DNA of 36,454 nucleotides. It comes from Mageeibacillus sp. UBA1257 (GTDB taxonomy: Bacteria; Bacillota; Clostridia; UBA1212; UBA1257). The translations under genes were made by a program, and so were the position numbers. The stretch spans positions 1 through 36,454 of the forward strand of contig DBVT01000122.1 in NCBI GenBank assembly GCA_002308775.1. Reading direction: 5' to 3'. This document shows positions 19,078 through 26,468 of this stretch, piece after piece. The stretch's first letter is position 1. Every line of letters begins with the position of its first letter. The notes beneath the pieces were generated by a model. The model did not search any database. It was not told where the DNA came from and was given only the letters and a program-made list of their open reading frames with translations.

Positions 19078-20205
19078 ATGACTGAAGAAGATAATATAAT
19101 CGAAAAAGATGAAATAAACGAAACGCTGCTTCCGGAGGACGCAGCGGGCTCTTTCGTTGTGATCATCCCGGCTTACAATCCGGGAGAGGTCATGATCGAG
19201 TTTATTACAAAGCTTTTTTGTGCCGGATTTAAAAATATAGTGATCATCGACGACGGGAGTAAAGAGGAGAGCAGAGGGGTGATAAGCGACGCCGAATCAT
19301 TCGGATGCAGAGTGGTCAGGCACGCCGTCAATCTCGGAAAGGGCAGATCCCTGAAGGACGCCCTGAACTATATCGCCCTTTATATGAGCGAATGCAAATA
19401 CGGGATGGTTCTCGATTGCGAAGGAAGGCAGAATATAAAAAGCATAAATGAACTTGCAAATGCCCTGATTGAAAATCCGGATTCGCTCGTCCTTGCCTGC
19501 CGGAATTACAGAAGCAAAACGGTAAAATTCAAAAACGTTATTACAAACTTTTTTACAAGACTTGCAATGATACTTTTCTGCGGAATATCAGTTTATGACA
19601 CAAAAACGACCTTCAGGGCGTTCTCGATCGAAACCGCAATGAAGTTTATAAATACTGCGGGAGAGAGATACGATTACGAAGTCAACGTCATACTCGAATC
19701 GAAGGCAAAAGAGGTAAAAATAAAAGAGATCAAGGTAGACGACAGCAATTTCGAGAACAAAAAGTCGCATTACAATCCTCTCAGAGACTCATTTAATCTG
19801 TATAAAATATTCCTTCGTTACGTGCTCGTCGCTCTCATTACGTACGGCGTGGACCTGGGTCTTTTCAGATTGCTGATGGAGTATCTTAAAATAATCTCCC
19901 CGATTTATTACACCGTGATCGATACGGTGATCGCGAGGGTTGTTTCATCATTTGTCGGATTCCTGATAAAAAGGAACAAAGTATTCAAAACGAAAGAGCA
20001 CACCGCAGCAACCACGGCAAAATATTACATCGTAACGTTCGGACAGATGCTCGTATCGGCTATTTCAGTATGGCTCATCCAGAGGATATGGCACGTTGAC
20101 GTCGTTGTCATAAAAATGATAGTTGACTTTATACTCTTCATAATCGGTTTTGTTCTGCAAAGAGAATGGGTCTTCAAGACGTACGGCAAAAAAACGAAGA
20201 AATGA
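19078..20205 (+). CDS. Glycosyltransferase family 2 fused to a GtrA-like membrane domain
   Basis: GT2 N-terminus FVVIIPAYNPGEVMIEF...IVIIDDGS. The C-terminal four-helix module ends in REWVFK, typical of GtrA. It starts 4 nt after the stop of the previous gene. Confidence 0.8.
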   Translation: MTEEDNIIEKDEINETLLPEDAAGSFVVIIPAYNPGEVMIEFITKLFCAGFKNIVIIDDGSKEESRGVISDAESFGCRVVRHAVNLGKGRSLKDALNYIALYMSECKYGMVLDCEGRQNIKSINELANALIENPDSLVLACRNYRSKTVKFKNVITNFFTRLAMILFCGISVYDTKTTFRAFSIETAMKFINTAGERYDYEVNVILESKAKEVKIKEIKVDDSNFENKKSHYNPLRDSFNLYKIFLRYVLVALITYGVDLGLFRLLMEYLKIISPIYYTVIDTVIARVVSSFVGFLIKRNKVFKTKEHTAATTAKYYIVTFGQMLVSAISVWLIQRIWHVDVVVIKMIVDFILFIIGFVLQREWVFKTYGKKTKK

Positions 20206-20379
20206 CGCTTTACAAAAGACGGGCTATAGTTTTTCTTTGGTAAGTTGCATAATTAAGTATTCAAAGTAAAAAGTAACTCCAAAGAAAAAGATATGATTTA
20301 ATGTAGTTAACTAACAAACAATGATAAGCGGACATTTAAACTTGCAATTTAAACTTTTGAAAAAATATTTAAAAACCAG

Positions 20380-20407
20380 TTGCAGAATAATGAAAATATG
20401 TTATAAT
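20380..20407 (+). promoter_or_regulatory. Near-consensus sigma-A promoter driving the low-GC cassette
   Basis: TTGCAG (20380-20385), a 16-nt spacer containing an extended -10 TG (20399-20400), then TATAAT (20402-20407). It lies about 95 nt upstream of the 20501 ATG. Confidence 0.6.
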
Positions 20408-20500
20408 ACTAATGGTATCGCTTAAATTTATCATTTGAAAGGCGAATTTACAGACCGGACGATGTTGTATGTTTGACAATTTTATTAAGGAGGTACCACT

Positions 20501-22993
20501 ATGAAGAGACTATTTGCTGTTTTTATGGTTTTTTGCCTTGTATTTTGTATGCAGACACAGCCAACCGTTACCGCAACAAATAATGAGGAAGAAAACTTCA
20601 GTAGCGCACCTTGTGAAATTGCCGATGACATTGTATCAGAAATTGCAAGTGAAGATCAGAAAGAGATTTCCGATTCGGATAAGTTATTTGAATCGATCAG
20701 TAATGAGACGCATTTGCTCGATTACGTAGATGCAAAGCAGTTTGCAAGCAAGAAACATATTGCAAGAATAACGGAAAAAGAAGACCTTGATACGTACGTC
20801 TTTTTGAATGAAGACGGAACGAATACCATGTATTTGATGGCGGAAAAAGTAAAATATATTGCCGCTGACGGAAGTATTCATGAAAAAAATATAAAATTGA
20901 TTTCCCGAGACGGAAAATATATAACGAGTGACAATAACACGGACGTTTCACTTTCGAAAGACAGCTGTGAAACAGAAGTGATTTTAGATAACAGCAGTTT
21001 AAAAATTACAGTACCCGGAGCAGTATGCGAAGGAATATTTGAAGAAGACGGTAATACGGTTACGTATAAGGACGTATTCGGTGCAGGAATCGATGTCAGA
21101 TATACACCCACGTTATCGGGACTCAAGGAAGATATAATAATCGAAAGATATAACGGAATAAATGCATTTGAATTCAGGGCAGAGACTGATCTTTGCCTTT
21201 TTGAAGATGAATCAGGATACTATTTTGCGGAATATGAAACAGCCGGGCTGAAATTCAGAATCGGAAGAATAATTGCATATGACGCCGTAGGCAATATCTC
21301 TTTAGGCGTTCTTGAATATGAATTAACAGACGGAGGATATTTAATAAGGGTAACAGCGGACAATGAATTTCTTTCATCAGCCGATACCGTTTATCCTGTC
21401 ACCGTAGATCCGACTATCAACGTTTATGAAAGTACAGACGGCAGTTCGATTCAGGATGCCGCATTGTATTATATGGTCCCGGGAGCAAACTTAGGAAACA
21501 TGACTGTTAACCCTCTCGGAACAAAAAATACCAATACCGGACTCGGAAGAACAGCAATGAGACTTTCAGGACTTGAGAACAATACCGTCTTTTCCGGTCT
21601 TAACTTAAATGAAATCAAACGCGCAACGCTTTACGTTAAAGGAAACGGAACATACAGCCCTACGCAGATAGTTTGTTATAAAATGCTGGGAGAGCAGACG
21701 TGGGGAGAATACACCGTAACGTACAGTAACGTAGGGACTGTAGACGGTCCCAGCGGCAGCAGAGCGTATATGTCGGAGTCTTACTGGACCAGAATTGATT
21801 TAAAGACAATAATGCAGATGTGGAAAGCCTCTAATTACAACTCCTATTGTTTGCTGCTCACGGCTGTCGATGAAGCAAATACTTATGCGGAGTTTTGCTC
21901 ATCAAAGAACGGTACTACGTCATACAGACCGTACGTCACGATTGATTACGGAGATATTGTAATTGACAGGCTGTCATCGAGTTATAACGATCAAAGCATA
22001 TACAGCACGTCTCTTCAAAAACGGATGAATTGTTACGGATATGCGATACAGGTGTATACTGATGAGTTGGTTGATACGTATATAGTGCCCGGATATACAT
22101 TGCATTTAAATGAGGTATTGTATGACTATTATTTGCAGCAACCAGGTGAGTTTTCCACAACTCAAACCAATAACTTCGCGAGTCTTTTACTTACATATGG
22201 TGGGGCATATGCCAATGCGCCGTTTTCTGTGTATATTAATTTTGTTGAGTCAATGATGAAACGAGATTTTAGCAAATTACAATTAACAGATGGACTGGAA
22301 TGGGACATAGAAGATTCTTCAGCAAATGAAACCGTCCCTGAAGGATACAGAAAAATTGCTTTGGTTGTCGGGAATAATAACGGCACTAACGAAAATGATT
22401 ACCATTTTTACATGCGTCATGACGATGGGACCTGGAGCCATAAACGGGGCGATTATCCAAGGAGTGATAAATCAATAACAACAGATGTAAAAATAACGGA
22501 TGCAAATATTGATGTTGTTGCAAAAGAGGAATATTATGCAGGTGGAGAAATAAGATATTATTTGATAAAAAAATCTGCAATAGTCGATTACTATCATTCG
22601 AATCATACGAACAGTCCAGCTACATTCTATGACTACGTACCCGGAGGAAACAAGATAGAAAAAAGTTTTCCAATTAACGGAATGTATAATTCGGTGAAAA
22701 TTGATTATTATAATGATATTGACTTTTTCGTCTTTAAACCTTCAACGACAGGCAATTACGGTTTCAATACAGAATATACACTTGATGAAAACGGAAACAG
22801 TAGCAGCACACTTGACGTTAAATTGGCAATTTACGACAGTACGGGAACCCTTATGGCAAACAGTTCGAGTGCATACGGTGAAGCTTACGCCGGAGCGTGT
22901 TATCTAATTGCAAACAAAAACTATTTCATCAAATTCTGGACAGGGTCACGCCAAAAGTGCACGTCGAACCTGAGAATACAACAGTTGTACTAA
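20501..22993 (+). CDS. Secreted 830-aa multidomain protein: DNRLRE-like domain, unassigned Cys/His module, PPC-like C-terminal domain
   Basis: RBS AAGGAGG and signal peptide MKRLFAVFMVFCLVFCMQTQPTVTA. Residues ~300-490 (VTVDPTINVYESTDGSSIQDAALYY...GRTAMRLSGL...IKRATLYVKG) resemble a DNRLRE domain. Residues ~500-690 carry NCYGYA (Cys511) and DYHFYMRHDDGTWSHKRG (His635). The C-terminal ~100 aa carry the DIDFFVFKPSTTGNY motif of pre-peptidase C-terminal domains. Confidence 0.8.
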   Translation: MKRLFAVFMVFCLVFCMQTQPTVTATNNEEENFSSAPCEIADDIVSEIASEDQKEISDSDKLFESISNETHLLDYVDAKQFASKKHIARITEKEDLDTYVFLNEDGTNTMYLMAEKVKYIAADGSIHEKNIKLISRDGKYITSDNNTDVSLSKDSCETEVILDNSSLKITVPGAVCEGIFEEDGNTVTYKDVFGAGIDVRYTPTLSGLKEDIIIERYNGINAFEFRAETDLCLFEDESGYYFAEYETAGLKFRIGRIIAYDAVGNISLGVLEYELTDGGYLIRVTADNEFLSSADTVYPVTVDPTINVYESTDGSSIQDAALYYMVPGANLGNMTVNPLGTKNTNTGLGRTAMRLSGLENNTVFSGLNLNEIKRATLYVKGNGTYSPTQIVCYKMLGEQTWGEYTVTYSNVGTVDGPSGSRAYMSESYWTRIDLKTIMQMWKASNYNSYCLLLTAVDEANTYAEFCSSKNGTTSYRPYVTIDYGDIVIDRLSSSYNDQSIYSTSLQKRMNCYGYAIQVYTDELVDTYIVPGYTLHLNEVLYDYYLQQPGEFSTTQTNNFASLLLTYGGAYANAPFSVYINFVESMMKRDFSKLQLTDGLEWDIEDSSANETVPEGYRKIALVVGNNNGTNENDYHFYMRHDDGTWSHKRGDYPRSDKSITTDVKITDANIDVVAKEEYYAGGEIRYYLIKKSAIVDYYHSNHTNSPATFYDYVPGGNKIEKSFPINGMYNSVKIDYYNDIDFFVFKPSTTGNYGFNTEYTLDENGNSSSTLDVKLAIYDSTGTLMANSSSAYGEAYAGACYLIANKNYFIKFWTGSRQKCTSNLRIQQLY

Positions 22994-23046
22994 CTTAACT
23001 TTTGATTATTTTTTTGACAATTCATAAAAAAGGAAGGAGAAACATT

Positions 23047-23982
23047 ATGAACACAAAAAGAATCACAATTATTTCAATCTGCGTATTGGTTGCATGTTTT
23101 GTTATGGCAGGGATTTTTGCATTCGCAGTCGCAAGCAACGATCAGTTTTTCAATGAAACCTTACCGAGCGAGCAAAAAAAACAGGAAGAGCCCGATTTGC
23201 CGTCAAAAGAAAACGTGAAACCGCTTTCTGAAGCACCGCAATATATTCAGGATATGATAAATACGTATTTTATCGATGCAGACGGAAATCTGCTTACTTC
23301 TCTCAAAACGGATGACTATTACAAAGATTGGGACGGCTACTACGAAAAGGTTCTTCGTGCATGCAGAAAACAATGGGATAAACTTACAGAAATGCAGCAG
23401 CAAAGCTACATAGACGAGTACCTTTTTAATTATTACAGTGTTCCAGATGGAGATACAGGTCTGTTTCGTTACGATGAAGAAAATAAACCGGATATGACAG
23501 ATGAGGAGCTTCTCGAGCGTGTCATTCTGTTCTATGGCAAACTGGGATCATCTTACGTCGTCCGCATAAACAGAGTGATTAATGGAGAGTTAGAGAAATA
23601 TAAACCCAGACCTGATATTGAAAAAATCAGAGAGTGGTTTGCATATACAATTGAAAGAACAGATCCGCAGGACATGGAAGATTATTTTTACCTTCTGTAT
23701 TCATGTATTAACCTTTCTGCTTCAGTACCTGATTTCTGTTTAGGAAGCGGGATGCCATCTTCTATAATAGCACTTGATGATACGTTGACAAGGTTTTTGG
23801 TATGCGGCTATACAGGCAGACATCCTCTTTATTATGTATTTGATGAGACTTATGAACATCTTCATATTGAAGAACTTTGCCCCGAAGCAAATGCCTTTTT
23901 TAACTGGACTGATGAATCGGGAGATTATACGAAAGACGAATATACTGGATACGCGAAAGCCATGTATGAATGCTTTGGATAA
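23047..23982 (+). CDS. Hypothetical membrane-anchored protein (311 aa), partner of the 830-aa protein
   Basis: RBS AGGAGA 8 nt before ATG 23047; I reject the track's TTG at 23002. One N-terminal TM helix (ITIISICVLVACFVMAGIFAFAV) is followed by a ~270-aa acidic, Tyr/Asp-rich exported domain. I recognised no family. Confidence 0.7.
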   Translation: MNTKRITIISICVLVACFVMAGIFAFAVASNDQFFNETLPSEQKKQEEPDLPSKENVKPLSEAPQYIQDMINTYFIDADGNLLTSLKTDDYYKDWDGYYEKVLRACRKQWDKLTEMQQQSYIDEYLFNYYSVPDGDTGLFRYDEENKPDMTDEELLERVILFYGKLGSSYVVRINRVINGELEKYKPRPDIEKIREWFAYTIERTDPQDMEDYFYLLYSCINLSASVPDFCLGSGMPSSIIALDDTLTRFLVCGYTGRHPLYYVFDETYEHLHIEELCPEANAFFNWTDESGDYTKDEYTGYAKAMYECFG

Positions 23983-24020
23983 GAAGCACAAAGCGGAGCG
24001 AACCGAATTTGATTATGTTA

Positions 24021-24052
24021 AAAAGCACTGTGTCTTGCAGTGCTTTTAATTT
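24021..24052 (+). terminator. Rho-independent terminator closing the low-GC cassette
   Basis: Stem AAAAGCACTG / CAGTGCTTTT (10 bp perfect) with loop TGTCTTG, followed by AATTTT. Confidence 0.65.
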
Positions 24053-24152
24053 TATCTAAGGGGCAGATCGAACTTTTTTCGTTTGTTGGCAAATTGCAGT
24101 GAGCAAAAAGCATTGTTCAATATTTCAGCAGTTTTTTCTTGCCGAATACGTA

Positions 24153-24181
24153 TTGACAACAATAACGGAAAACTGTAAAAT
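24153..24181 (+). promoter_or_regulatory. Sigma-A type promoter upstream of the flavodoxin gene
   Basis: TTGACA (24153-24158), a 17-nt spacer, then TAAAAT (24176-24181). Confidence 0.5.
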
Positions 24182-24226
24182 CTAAAGCAATATCGATGTT
24201 TTTGACAGCTTTGAAAGGAGCAGATC

Positions 24227-24778
24227 ATGAAAGTACTTGTATTATACACAACGGTGGACGGAAATACAGCGGCAGTCGCGAAGAGCATAGCAGACAGACT
24301 CGGCGCGGATATATCCAAGATCGTCAGAGTAAAGAAAGTTAAAGGGTACGGCTTTTTTAACAATCTCAAACTGAGGATGGAAGTATCGAGAAAGAAAAAG
24401 CCCGATATTTTCCCGTTCAAATGGGACCCGAGAGACTACGATCTGATATTCATAGGCACGCCTGTTTGGTACGATTCATACAACCCCGTATACAATACTC
24501 TTTTTAACGTGATCAAGATATATGACAGAAAGATAGCCCTGTTCTCGACAGGTGAGAAGCCCGAAGGAAAGGCGCTCAAAAAACTGGCTGCTGTTCTTGA
24601 GGATTCTGTGCTGCTCGGTACGTATCACTGCATAGAGCCTATCTGGGAAGACGATGAAAAGGAGACGGAGAGGATCCTTAACGAAGCTGCCGACTGGGCG
24701 AAGACCATATACGACGAAGCCGAGAAGATGAAAGAGGAAGAGGAATTCAAGAGAAGAAAGACGATATACAAATATTGA
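24227..24778 (+). CDS. Flavodoxin family protein
   Basis: MKVLVLYTTVDGNTAAVAKSIADRLGA is a flavodoxin-like FMN-binding N-terminus, and LIFIGTPVWY is the second loop. RBS AAAGGAG. Confidence 0.75.
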   Translation: MKVLVLYTTVDGNTAAVAKSIADRLGADISKIVRVKKVKGYGFFNNLKLRMEVSRKKKPDIFPFKWDPRDYDLIFIGTPVWYDSYNPVYNTLFNVIKIYDRKIALFSTGEKPEGKALKKLAAVLEDSVLLGTYHCIEPIWEDDEKETERILNEAADWAKTIYDEAEKMKEEEEFKRRKTIYKY

Positions 24779-24827
24779 TTTTCTGCTTTTGTTCCGCAAC
24801 AAAAACAAAGGCTGGACCTTACGGAAA

Positions 24828-25619
24828 ATGACGGAAAAACTTATTGAAAAATACGCCGAAATGAGGATCAAACCCTACAGAAAGGACAGTGAATACTCCT
24901 ACACCTGTGGGGTTTTTCCGACTATCGAATTATTAAAAAGGAAACCGCAGTATGTGATACGCGTGGCGATGTCTTCGGAGAGCGATAAGAGCCGCGGAAG
25001 CGATATCGTCAGGGAGCTTGCGAAGGAGAACGGGATACCCGTGGTTACTGATGACAAAACCATCGAGCGTATCGCCGCGAAGGACAACTGTCTCTGCGCC
25101 GGGGTCTTTTTAAAATACGAAGAAGAGATCAGACAGGACACGGATCACATAGTCCTCGTGAACCCTTCGGATATGGGAAATATAGGGACGATAATAAGGA
25201 CATCGTCAGCCTTCGGTTTTGAAGATCTCGCCGTTATCACTCCCGCGTGCGATATATTCGATCCTAAGGCCGTACGCGCCTCAATGGGAGCCCTTTTCGG
25301 CATCAGAGTAAAATTATTCGCTTCGTTCGAAGAGTACCTTAAAACGCCCCACAGAGGCTCACAGAGACATATCTATCCTTTCATGTTAAAAGGGGAAAAA
25401 CTTACGAGGCAGATCGCTGACGAAGCTGTGGCGATGAGCAAAGAAGGGGAGCATTTTACGCTCGTGTTCGGAAACGAATCGAGAGGGCTGGACGATTCAT
25501 ATCTCGATATCGGAAGGCCGCTGCTGATACCCATCAGGGACACTGTGGATTCGCTCAACCTGCCTGTCGCGGTATCGATCGGAGAATATATGTTTTCAGC
25601 GAAGGGAGAGAAAAAATGA
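24828..25619 (+). CDS. TrmH/SpoU (SPOUT) family RNA 2'-O-methyltransferase
   Basis: SPOUT motifs VNPSDMGNIGTIIRTSSAFG, LVFGNESRGL and IPIRDTVDSLNLPVAVSIGEY. I place the start at ATG 24828; the track's TTG at 24789 is possible. Confidence 0.8.
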   Translation: MTEKLIEKYAEMRIKPYRKDSEYSYTCGVFPTIELLKRKPQYVIRVAMSSESDKSRGSDIVRELAKENGIPVVTDDKTIERIAAKDNCLCAGVFLKYEEEIRQDTDHIVLVNPSDMGNIGTIIRTSSAFGFEDLAVITPACDIFDPKAVRASMGALFGIRVKLFASFEEYLKTPHRGSQRHIYPFMLKGEKLTRQIADEAVAMSKEGEHFTLVFGNESRGLDDSYLDIGRPLLIPIRDTVDSLNLPVAVSIGEYMFSAKGEKK

Positions 25620-26464
25620 CAGACACGCTCGCAAAGAAAATTCAGGACAAGTCTTCGCTCCTGGGGATATCTTCCGAAGAAGTCTCGCTTGCGAAGGCGC
25701 TTTTTGTAAACAGAAAATACGATTACAGGGGAGAAACAAGGCTGTTCATATGCGAAGGACTGTGGGCAGCTAAAAAGCTCGCGGAATCGAAGATCACAGT
25801 CACGCATTTCCTTTTCGATCCGGAGAAGGTGACGGACGAAGAGGAAGCGGACGTTTCGCTGATGCTCGATTACGCGGAGGAGTCTTTTACGGTATCGGCA
25901 AAGGTGTGCGCAAAGATCAGCGACAGGGACGGAGCGGATCACTGCTTCATAGTTGCCAGGCTTCCGGAATACAAACTCGAAGATATCAGGCTGTCTGACG
26001 AAGAGATTTCGATAGTTCTCGACGGACAGGAGCAGCCGGGCAACGTTGGCGCTATACTTAGGTCGCTGGACGGCGCCGGAGGATCGTTTGCCGTGATGAC
26101 CAACAGGCGCGTAAAACTCACCCACAGCAGGCTGGTCAGAGCAAGTCTTGGAGCCGTTTTTACCATGAAAGTCGTTGAAGCAGACGCGGACGAACTCGCG
26201 AAATGGCTTGTTGACAATCATTTCAAAATAGTCGTGACGGATCTCAAAGCGACATATCCGTACTACGAGGCAGACTACAGCGGAAGGGTCGCGATAGTCG
26301 CCGGAAACGAATACAACGGCGTGTCCCCTCTTTGGAACACACTTCCCGGAGCGACACCCGTCATCATCCCGATGCTCGGAAAATGTGAATCCCTGAATGT
26401 CGGTTTTGCTTCAACTTTAGTCGCTTACGAAGCAGCCGTTCAGAAGATGCGAAAGAGGAGATGA
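25616..26464 (+). CDS. Second TrmH/SpoU (SPOUT) family RNA methyltransferase
   Basis: ATGA overlap with the upstream paralogue. Motifs QEQPGNVGAILRSLDGAG, AIVAGNEYNGVS and IPMLGKCESLNVGFASTLVAYE. Confidence 0.8.
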   Translation: MTDTLAKKIQDKSSLLGISSEEVSLAKALFVNRKYDYRGETRLFICEGLWAAKKLAESKITVTHFLFDPEKVTDEEEADVSLMLDYAEESFTVSAKVCAKISDRDGADHCFIVARLPEYKLEDIRLSDEEISIVLDGQEQPGNVGAILRSLDGAGGSFAVMTNRRVKLTHSRLVRASLGAVFTMKVVEADADELAKWLVDNHFKIVVTDLKATYPYYEADYSGRVAIVAGNEYNGVSPLWNTLPGATPVIIPMLGKCESLNVGFASTLVAYEAAVQKMRKRR

Positions 26465-26468
26465 TTAT

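Noticed and set aside
20543-20551. Reading the conserved L-x-F-C in the two similar signal peptides as a lipobox.
   Set aside because: Phe at the -1 position is not accepted in canonical lipoboxes ([LVI][ASTVI][GAS]C). The peptides are treated as ordinary signal peptides unless a prediction tool says otherwise.
23002-23046. Track start TTG 23002 for the 311-aa partner protein.
   Set aside because: The extension contains the AGGAGA RBS for ATG 23047, and MNTKR followed by a TM helix is a natural N-terminus.
20206-24052. Calling the low-GC cassette a mobile element, prophage remnant or defence island.
   Set aside because: It has no recombinase, phage genes, tRNA target or flanking direct repeats that I could find by eye. 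Only compositional evidence exists, so it is reported as a finding, not annotated as mobile_element.
24052-24420. 122-aa minus-strand ORF spanning the flavodoxin promoter and start.
   Set aside because: It overlaps the terminator, the promoter and the 5' end of a well-supported flavodoxin gene. It has no RBS or motifs.
24779-24827. Weak hairpin TTTTGTT-CCGC-AACAAAA after the flavodoxin gene as a terminator.
   Set aside because: The stem is 7 bp and all A/T, with no following T-run. It is too weak to call.
25373-26221. 282-aa minus-strand ORF antisense to the two SPOUT methyltransferase genes. The same applies to 18279-19166, 34154-34891, 4727-5356, 12657-13199, 11063-11617 and 13702-13890.
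   Set aside because: All lie opposite ORFs with clear family motifs and strong RBSs, and none has a recognisable motif of its own.
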